Origin: a virus
Taxonomy: Duplodnaviria; Caudoviricetes
Direction: 5' to 3' (one strand)
Virus record (IMG/VR): IMGVR_UViG_3300046061_000016
Coordinates: 1-37,323 of that record
DNA: 37,323 nucleotides
Shown: in pieces, positions 23,203-30,445 of the stretch
Position numbering within the stretch: position 1 is the stretch's first letter
Layout of the letters: each line of letters starts with the position of its first letter
Notes under the pieces: model-generated
The model's database searches: none
What the model saw: only the letters and a program-made list of their open reading frames with translations
Told to the model about the DNA's origin: nothing
Translations under genes and position numbers: made by a program

Positions 23203-25347
23203 ATGCCCATCCGCTCTTCTCCCGCCGACCTGCGATCGGGCCCCGACGCGCGGCCAGGGAGCGGCATGGACGAGCCGCCCGACCCCGCCGACATGGACGG
23301 GGCCCTCCTGCAGAACGGCACGCTGGCCTCCTCAGCGCAAAGCCGCGACGTCCTCGAGGAGGCCCACAGCGCCTGGGACGCCCTCGAGGGCGACCGCGAG
23401 CGCCGGCGCCGCCACCGCAACTACCTGATGGGGCGGCAGTGGCAAGACACGATCGAGACGGAGGACGGGCGCAAAACGGAGAAAAAACACATCGAGGACC
23501 AAGGGCGCGAGCCGTGGCAGATGAACCACCTGCGCCCGATCGTGCGCAACCTGAAGGGGCAGCTGCGCAAGAATAGCTCCGACCGCCAGGCGTTCGCCGT
23601 CGACGACGAAGACACCGAGGCGGCCAACATCATGACGAAGGCGCTGCGCGAGGCACGCCGCATCAACCAGATGGACACCGTCGAGGCGGACCAGTTCCTC
23701 GAGCACCTGCTGGGCGGCAAGGCGGCGTTCCACATCGGGTACAAGTACTGGAGCAAGTACGACCGGCCGGAGGTGACGATACGGGCGGTCAACATGCTCC
23801 GCTTTTTTTACAACCCGGACGCCAGCGACCGGCGCGGTCACGACCTGCGGCTCGTCGGCGAGATCCACGACATGGACGTCGACTCCATCTGTGCTGCGTT
23901 CGCGCCGCAGGACCAGACGCTGGCCGGCGCCATCAAGGACCACTACGGCGAGCAGTCTACGGAGACGTTCTGGGGCAACTACGACTTCAACCGGGCCGAC
24001 GCGCTCGGCTTTTACGGCACGACCGAGGAGGACCTCAATCGCGTCATCGAGGTGTGGCGCCGCGAGCTACAGGAGCGGGTCCTGGTGCACGACCCGGCCG
24101 AGCCAAAGGTGTATGCGGCCGACCCCGACGACGTCGACCCGCGGCGCCTCCAGGCCGAAAACGAGCGCCGCCAGCAGCAAGGCACCCCGCCGATCCAGAC
24201 CGAAGAGCGGAGCGAGATGGTGTGGGTCGGCTACTTCCTCACGCCCACCGGCGAGATTTTGTGGGCCGGCGAGACGCCGTACCACCACGGCGAGCACCCC
24301 TACGCCTTCGGGTGGGCCGAAAAGATTGACAACGAGAGCCGCGGCCTCCTGGTCGACCTGATCGACCAGCAGCGCCTGTACAACCGCATGATCCAGATTA
24401 TGGATTTGGGCATGGCCACGTCCGCCCGCGGCGTCCTCCTGATCGCCGAGGAGCAGATCCCCGACGACATGACGATCGACGACTTTGCGCAGGAGTGGAC
24501 GCGCATGAACGGCGTCGTCGCCTACAAGGCCGACCCGGACGGGTCGACCCTGGACGCGGGCGTCAAGCCGGAACAGGTCTACTCCAACTCGATCCCGACC
24601 GGCGCCTTCGAATGGCTGTCCCAGATGCGGGGCGAGCTGCAGGAGGTGTCCGGCGTCAGCGGGGCCGTGATGGGCGAGGAGCCCCCCAGCCAGCAGCCGG
24701 CCAGCCTGTACCAGGCGCGCATCGTGCAGTCGCAGACGACCACGCTCGACCTATTTGAGACGTACTTTGGCATCCTGCAGCAGGCCGACGTGAAGGCGCT
24801 CAAGGTGGCCAAGCAGTACCACGGCGACGGCCGCGCGGTGCGCGGCAGCAAGGACGACTTTGTCCGCTTCAGCAAGACGGACGTGCGCGACACGCTGTTC
24901 GACGTCAGCCTGGCCAACGTGGCCGACACGGCCACCTACCGCCAGCTCTACGAGCAGGACCTCAAAGAGATGCGGGCCCAGGGCGACCTCACGTTCCGGC
25001 AGTTCCTGGAAATGTCGTCGCACCCGAAGGCCGACCAGCTGCTGCAGCTCATCAAGCGCACAAACCCGCTCGTGGGTGGCGGCGGGGGCGAAAACGCTGC
25101 TGCTCGGGCGCAGGGCGACGGCGCGCCGGCCCAAAGAGCCCCTGCCCAAGGGGCCCCGTCCCAGCCCCAGATGGAGGGGCCCGGCGGCCCCGAGACGCGC
25201 CAGGCCCTCCAGCAGGCCGCACAGGCCGGCCAGGCGGCCCAGCAGCGCATTAGCGGCCAGCAGGCGCGCCAGCTGCGCGCCCAGCTGATGGAGCGGGCCG
25301 AGGAGGGGGACAAGGACGCCAACGCGCTCTTGGCGCAGGCGGCCTAA
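23203..25347 (+). CDS. Portal protein (P22-like podoviral type)
   Basis: NYLMGRQW, MNHLRPIVRNLKG, PYHHGEHPY, LIDQQRLYNR; ~714 aa; lies between terminase and scaffold. Confidence 0.88.
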   Translation: MPIRSSPADLRSGPDARPGSGMDEPPDPADMDGALLQNGTLASSAQSRDVLEEAHSAWDALEGDRERRRRHRNYLMGRQWQDTIETEDGRKTEKKHIEDQGREPWQMNHLRPIVRNLKGQLRKNSSDRQAFAVDDEDTEAANIMTKALREARRINQMDTVEADQFLEHLLGGKAAFHIGYKYWSKYDRPEVTIRAVNMLRFFYNPDASDRRGHDLRLVGEIHDMDVDSICAAFAPQDQTLAGAIKDHYGEQSTETFWGNYDFNRADALGFYGTTEEDLNRVIEVWRRELQERVLVHDPAEPKVYAADPDDVDPRRLQAENERRQQQGTPPIQTEERSEMVWVGYFLTPTGEILWAGETPYHHGEHPYAFGWAEKIDNESRGLLVDLIDQQRLYNRMIQIMDLGMATSARGVLLIAEEQIPDDMTIDDFAQEWTRMNGVVAYKADPDGSTLDAGVKPEQVYSNSIPTGAFEWLSQMRGELQEVSGVSGAVMGEEPPSQQPASLYQARIVQSQTTTLDLFETYFGILQQADVKALKVAKQYHGDGRAVRGSKDDFVRFSKTDVRDTLFDVSLANVADTATYRQLYEQDLKEMRAQGDLTFRQFLEMSSHPKADQLLQLIKRTNPLVGGGGGENAAARAQGDGAPAQRAPAQGAPSQPQMEGPGGPETRQALQQAAQAGQAAQQRISGQQARQLRAQLMERAEEGDKDANALLAQAA

Positions 25348-25415
25348 CCTTCGGGTTGTTTCGCATCTGTTTCTGATTCTTTCGCACCAGTGGGAGCCGA
25401 CGCGCTCCGATTCTT

Positions 25416-26558
25416 ATGAAGCGACTCAGCGAAGAGGAGTACGACCCCGACCAGGACCCCACCGTGACGGCCGAGGAGGGGGAGGGAGTGCAGGCCGAGG
25501 GCGACGGCAGCGCCACCGTCCACACCGCAGAGCCCAGCGGCTCGCCTGATGGCGAGAGCGACGATGGTCGGCTGTTGCCACAGGGCCTCAATGCGATCGA
25601 GGGCGAGATTCCCGACGGCATGATGGCCGCCGGCGGGACCGACGAGGGCGAGGGCGACGAGACGGCAGGCCAGCAGGAGGGCGACGAGGCAGGTCCCGAC
25701 GCGACGGGCGAGGACACCGAAGGATCCCCTTCGAGCGAGGGCGACGAGGCGGCTGAGGAGCAGGAGGGCGAAGAGATGGACGACGTCCCGTCCAGCCCCG
25801 GTTGGCTCGACGACGTGACGGCTCAGACCGGCCTCGAGGCGGAGAGCGAGGACGAGTTTGTCGAGCAGGTGCGCACCATGCAGCGCGACGTCCGCGGCTT
25901 CTCGGAGCTCGAGGAGGTGCTCGAGCAGGTGCCTCAGGCCGCGACGCTCATCCACTCGCTCGCGCAGGCGGAAGGGGAGATTGACCCGGTCGACTTTTAC
26001 ATCGCCGCCCAGGACGTCGAGGGGCTTGACGTGCAGGCCCCGTCGAAGGCCGAAAACCCGGACGAGTACGCCGACTTCAAGGCGCGCCTGCGGGAGCGCC
26101 AACAGAAGATGCAGGACCGTCGCGAGCAGCAACAGGAGCAGCAGAAGAAGGCACAGCAGGTCCGCGAGGACTTCGAGCAGGCGTTCGAGAGCTTTAAGAA
26201 GCGGAAGGGCCTGGATGACGAGGAGGCCCAGGCGTTCAGGCAAGAGTTTGCCCGCGTGTTTTATGGGGACGCCGAGAAGGGGGAGCTTCCGCGCATGGAC
26301 GTGTTCGACCTGGCCTGGGACGCGCTCCGCGAACAGGAGGAAGAGGGCGACACGCCCACCGAGGAGACGGAGGAGTACAAGGAGGGGTACAACCAGGCGA
26401 TCGAGGACATGAAGGAGGGCGGGGCCGACGGCCTTCCCGACCTCAAGAACGCGGGCTCCGCCGGCAGCGAGGACGGCGGCGACGCCGGCAGTGGGCCCGC
26501 CATGCCGGCCCTCCTGGAGCCCTCCGGCGACGGCGGAATGAACCACGACGCCTTTTAA
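25416..26558 (+). CDS. Capsid scaffolding protein (putative)
   Basis: Extremely acidic disordered N-half, helical C-half, between portal and MCP. Confidence 0.7.
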   Translation: MKRLSEEEYDPDQDPTVTAEEGEGVQAEGDGSATVHTAEPSGSPDGESDDGRLLPQGLNAIEGEIPDGMMAAGGTDEGEGDETAGQQEGDEAGPDATGEDTEGSPSSEGDEAAEEQEGEEMDDVPSSPGWLDDVTAQTGLEAESEDEFVEQVRTMQRDVRGFSELEEVLEQVPQAATLIHSLAQAEGEIDPVDFYIAAQDVEGLDVQAPSKAENPDEYADFKARLRERQQKMQDRREQQQEQQKKAQQVREDFEQAFESFKKRKGLDDEEAQAFRQEFARVFYGDAEKGELPRMDVFDLAWDALREQEEEGDTPTEETEEYKEGYNQAIEDMKEGGADGLPDLKNAGSAGSEDGGDAGSGPAMPALLEPSGDGGMNHDAF

Positions 26559-26596
26559 CGACACACGCAAAGCCTTTACACAGGATCACGAATAGC

Positions 26597-26614
26597 CGCC
26601 AGGGAGCCCTGGCG
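26597..26614 (+). promoter_or_regulatory. Hairpin in the MCP 5' leader (possible mRNA stabiliser)
   Basis: CGCCAGG-GAGC-CCTGGCG, ~60 nt before the MCP ATG. Confidence 0.4.
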
Positions 26615-26673
26615 ACAGCGGCCGTTTCGGCAGGACCGCGCTCGCGACTTTTCACACAACACACCCCCACGTT

Positions 26674-27996
26674 ATGAAAGCGACGACCACACGCGCGGTC
26701 GCCGGGGTCGGGGTTGCGCTCACTGCCCTGGTGGCGCTCACGCTTTTCTCCCTTTCACTGTCTCTCCCAGCGCTGCAGGCGCTCATGACGGGCGCAGGCT
26801 TTGCCCTGGTCGGCATGGCGACCATGTCGAGGGACGCCTTGCTGCAGCGCGACACGCCGGACGACGTCCAGTTCAAGGATGTATCGAACATCCTGACCTG
26901 GCGCAAGCCGCAGAACAGCCCGCTCTACGTTGCGCTGCGCAACCTGCGCAAGGGGCCGCCCGCGCGCCAGGCGCGCATCCACTGGCACGAGCAGGACACG
27001 CTCCCCCGCAACACGACCAAGAACGGCGGCAGCACGGCCGGCAACGCGGACGCGACGAAGCAGATTGCGGTCAACGACGACATCTATCAGGTCGACGACC
27101 TGATCCAGCTGCCGGAGAATAGCAACGATCCGAACGCGGTCCTCATCGTCACGGCCACGTCGAGCGGCAACATCACCGTTGCCAAGGTCGACGGCGACGA
27201 GGACGACGCCTGGGGCACCGTGCCGGCCATGTCGGACGGCGAGCTGCTGACGCGCCTCGGCAACGCGAAGGAGGAGTTTTACGACGCGTCGCCGTACCGG
27301 TCCAGCTACCCGGTGGAGAAGTATAACTTCGTCGAGCGCATGGACGAGACCATCGGGATCAGCCGGACGCGGCAGGCGACCGGCGACTACGCCGGCGACA
27401 GCTGGCAGCAGCAGCGCGACAACCAGCTGTACGACTTCCAGAGCAGCCGCGAGTCGATCCTCTTCTTCGGCAAGCGCGACGTCGTGACGAAGTCGGGCGA
27501 CAAGACCCACTTCTGCGGCGGCATCGAGGACTTTGGCCTCAACAAGGTGTTCAGCTACTCGGCGTCGTCGTTCGACGTGTCGAAGCTCTTGGACATCGTC
27601 CGGCAGACGTTTGTCGGCACGAACGCGAGCGAGGTGCGCTACCTCCACTGCGACAGCCTCATGATGCAGGACATCATGGAGCTCGACCAGGACAAGCTGC
27701 GCCGATCAAACTACCGGTCCAACCTGCTGCGCCGCGAGATCCCGGAGATCCAGTTCGGGTTCGGCACGGTGCGGCTCGTCCACGAGCAGCTGTTCGACGA
27801 GCAGAACCGGTCGCGCCTCGGGTACATCCTCGACTACGAGTACCTGCGCATTCGGGAGCTGAACCCGATGAAGATTGTCGAGGTGGACCTCGAGCAGACG
27901 CAGCTCAAGGACGGCCAGGCCGTGCAGGTCAAGGAAGAGGCAAGCCTGGAATTTCGGTACAACGACGCCCACGCCAAGATCAACGGCAGCTCGTAA
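26674..27996 (+). CDS. Major capsid protein (HK97 fold, SU10/DUF5309-like) with N-terminal hydrophobic extension
   Basis: SPLY..L, IHWHEQD, KYNFVERM, RESILFFGKR, FCGGI, FGTVRLV and EASLEFRY..AHAKI follow the SU10-type MCP pattern; position after the scaffold. Confidence 0.85.
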   Translation: MKATTTRAVAGVGVALTALVALTLFSLSLSLPALQALMTGAGFALVGMATMSRDALLQRDTPDDVQFKDVSNILTWRKPQNSPLYVALRNLRKGPPARQARIHWHEQDTLPRNTTKNGGSTAGNADATKQIAVNDDIYQVDDLIQLPENSNDPNAVLIVTATSSGNITVAKVDGDEDDAWGTVPAMSDGELLTRLGNAKEEFYDASPYRSSYPVEKYNFVERMDETIGISRTRQATGDYAGDSWQQQRDNQLYDFQSSRESILFFGKRDVVTKSGDKTHFCGGIEDFGLNKVFSYSASSFDVSKLLDIVRQTFVGTNASEVRYLHCDSLMMQDIMELDQDKLRRSNYRSNLLRREIPEIQFGFGTVRLVHEQLFDEQNRSRLGYILDYEYLRIRELNPMKIVEVDLEQTQLKDGQAVQVKEEASLEFRYNDAHAKINGSS

Positions 27997-28043
27997 TCCC
28001 TGAGCTGCACCGTTCCGCCGCATGAAGGGCACCACCCTTCGGC

Positions 28044-28142
28044 GGCCCCTCCAGACTCGGCCCCTCGCCGGCACTGGGCCCGAGCGTTGCTCGGGGCTGT
28101 GGCCTGCCAGCCGTGCCGCGCCAGGGGCCGCCCTGGAGGGCC
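28044..28142 (+). promoter_or_regulatory. ~100-nt irregular stem-loop downstream of the MCP gene
   Basis: Nested pairs GGCCCCTCCAG/CTGGAGGGCC, GGCCCCT/AGGGGCC, CGGCAC/GTGCCG, CCCGAGC/GCTCGGG. Confidence 0.55.
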
Positions 28143-28173
28143 ATCACCGCATCTCACAACCGCACACGCATTT

Positions 28174-28890
28174 ATGCCTACCTCTGCCGCCCCCACCGAG
28201 GACCTCACGAACCCTGAGACCGGGCAGCCGGTCGACCTCGGCGAGATCAAGTTTGTGTCGCTCACGGGCAACCAGCTGACCGTCTACCTCCCCGAGGAGC
28301 TGGAGTGGTACCGGGGCCCCGACGGCGAGCGCCGCGCCCGCGAGATCGGGGGCAATGCCGTCAACTTCCAGCACGGCATTTTTCCGCCGGGCGACCAGTC
28401 GGTGTCGTACCAGAACGCCAAGCTGCTGATCGAGCACGACCAGTACGGCGACCTCTTCAAGATTGCCGCCCGCAAGTTCGACGTCGAGGCCACCGGCGGG
28501 CAGCCCCCAGACCGCGCAAGCGGCGGCTCGGAGCCCGACGACACGGTCGCCTTGGGGGACGAGGTGGTCGTCAACGGCCAGGCCATGTCGATGAAGGAGG
28601 CCCTCGATCTGCTCGCCGGCGACGACACGGCAGGCGAGAAGCAGGGGGGGGTGGAGGCCGAAGGGCAACCCCCCGTCGAGGATCAAATTGACGACGTGCC
28701 GACCGAGCCGGCCGGCTCGGATTACGAGGTGCTGTCGGGGCCCACGAACAAGACCGGCGCCCTGGAGGCCCTTGCCGAGCGCGGCGTCGACCTCGACGAG
28801 GCGCCCACCGCCAGCGCCACGACCGAACGGCTGCAGCGCTTTGCGATGGCCCACGGCTACATCATCGAGAAATACGACGTGCCGGAGTGA
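28174..28890 (+). CDS. Hypothetical acidic protein following the MCP (possibly virion-associated)
   Basis: ATG at 28174 after an A/C-rich leader; 238 aa. Confidence 0.7.
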   Translation: MPTSAAPTEDLTNPETGQPVDLGEIKFVSLTGNQLTVYLPEELEWYRGPDGERRAREIGGNAVNFQHGIFPPGDQSVSYQNAKLLIEHDQYGDLFKIAARKFDVEATGGQPPDRASGGSEPDDTVALGDEVVVNGQAMSMKEALDLLAGDDTAGEKQGGVEAEGQPPVEDQIDDVPTEPAGSDYEVLSGPTNKTGALEALAERGVDLDEAPTASATTERLQRFAMAHGYIIEKYDVPE

Positions 28891-28904
28891 CCCCGTGCCG
28901 GCTT

Positions 28905-28948
28905 TTCACGGTGATGATCACGGTGATTCACGGTGATGATCACGGTGA
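28905..28948. repeat. Four TCACGGTGA quasi-palindromes (22-bp unit x2)
   Basis: Copies at 28906, 28918, 28928 and 28940. Confidence 0.95.
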
Positions 28949-28988
28949 TGACCCCATATTCGAGTCGCGGTTCCTGCCGACCGCCGCG

Positions 28989-29022
28989 ACGGATGGAGGG
29001 GGCTTCGGCCCCTTCTGTCCGT
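28989..29022 (+). terminator. 15-bp stem with cUUCGg tetraloop; probable terminator or attenuator after the capsid block
   Basis: ACGGATGGAGGGGGC-TTCG-GCCCCTTCTGTCCGT (3 G-U pairs); weak U tail. Confidence 0.65.
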
Positions 29023-29048
29023 AATTCTACACTGCAGGTCTGACCCCC

Positions 29049-29747
29049 ATGCCACAGCTGACCTCCGCCACGGGCGTCTACGATCGCGTCCGAACACAGA
29101 TTGGCAAGCTGGCCCGGCGCGTGCAAGAAGAGCTCACGCTGCCGTCGGAGAGCGACGAGGACACCCTCAAGATTTACCTGGACGACGCCTTGTCCGAGAT
29201 TGCGACCGTCACCGAGCGCATCAACACGTCGGTGCAGCTCGTGACCGTTCCGGGCCAGGAGTACCTCGATCGCCCGCCGCACTTGCACGTGCTGAAGAAG
29301 GCGGCCGTGTACGACGGCGGCACGGCCTATGAGGTCAATAAGCAAGACGGGTCGCAGGTGGCGTCCTGGAGCCGGGCCCCCGATGCAGATACGGGGCGCC
29401 CCACACACATTGGCGCCTACGACGACCGGCTCTATTTCTGGCCCATTCCGGATACGGAATACACCGTCGACCTACAGGCGACCCACAACGGGGCCGTCGC
29501 CGACAACGGCAGCCCGCCGGCGGGGCCCCAGGACCCGCCCGAGCTGGACACCGTGGTCGCAAAGGTGCCGCCCGAGCTGGACCGCGCGCTGGCTGGCTAC
29601 GTCACCGCCGAATGGCTGAAAGAGGTGGGGCACCCCAATGTGGCGCAGAAGGCGGCCGAGCGCTTTCTCCGCGACATTCGCCGGCACAAAGACGAGCCGG
29701 TCCACCAATCGACCGCCACGCGCCCGTACCGACCACTTGGGTTTTAG
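29049..29747 (+). CDS. Head-tail adaptor / tail ring protein
   Basis: IYLDDAL..I, GQEYLDRP and GRPTHI...LYFWPIPDTEYTV are typical of podoviral adaptors. Confidence 0.7.
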   Translation: MPQLTSATGVYDRVRTQIGKLARRVQEELTLPSESDEDTLKIYLDDALSEIATVTERINTSVQLVTVPGQEYLDRPPHLHVLKKAAVYDGGTAYEVNKQDGSQVASWSRAPDADTGRPTHIGAYDDRLYFWPIPDTEYTVDLQATHNGAVADNGSPPAGPQDPPELDTVVAKVPPELDRALAGYVTAEWLKEVGHPNVAQKAAERFLRDIRRHKDEPVHQSTATRPYRPLGF

Positions 29748-29750
29748 GTT

Positions 29751-30431
29751 ATGCCCATCACGTTTTCCTATGACGGCACGAGCGATGAGGAGGAGCTGGT
29801 GGCCGACACGCGTCGCCACAGCGATAGGGAGCTGGCCACCGGCCAAACAATCGGCGCCGACGACGAGGCCATGTACAAATATCTTGTGCGCGCCATGCGG
29901 CACGTCATCAACACGGCGCCCCGAGGCGCCACCGACGTGATTGCCGTGAGCGGCGCGGGCCAGCCGCTGGCCAACAAGAACGAGTACACCGAGATTCCGG
30001 TGCCCGACAACTTTTCGCGGTTCCTGGACCTGCGCCTCGCCAGCTGGGGGCGGAGCGTGCTTGAGCTCACCGATCCGCGCGACAATGACGTTCGACTCCA
30101 GTTTGACGCCAAGACGCGCGCCGACGCCGCAAACCCGATCGTGGCGAAGGTGCCGCACCCGAGCGCCGACGCGGCCCTGTGGGCCTGGCCCCAAGACGGC
30201 GCCGCGACGATCGACCGCTTTATGTACGTGCCGGAGGTGGCGCCCGAAGGCATGGCGCCCCTCCTCCAAGGGGCCGTCGTTCTCAAGGCGGCCAGCTACG
30301 CGCTGGCAGTCGACCAGGAGCAGGTATGGAAGGTCATGGACCAGGCGCAGCGGCAGTACCTGAGCCGCGTGCAGGCCGGGGAGCAGCCGATGGTGCGCGA
30401 GGCGATACAAGAAGCCCGCGGCAGCAATTAA
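29751..30431 (+). CDS. Second adaptor / ring-like tail protein
   Basis: IPVPDNFSRFL and FMYVPE; size and position match a paralogous ring protein. Confidence 0.55.
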   Translation: MPITFSYDGTSDEEELVADTRRHSDRELATGQTIGADDEAMYKYLVRAMRHVINTAPRGATDVIAVSGAGQPLANKNEYTEIPVPDNFSRFLDLRLASWGRSVLELTDPRDNDVRLQFDAKTRADAANPIVAKVPHPSADAALWAWPQDGAATIDRFMYVPEVAPEGMAPLLQGAVVLKAASYALAVDQEQVWKVMDQAQRQYLSRVQAGEQPMVREAIQEARGSN

Positions 30432-30445
30432 TAACGACACGCCAC

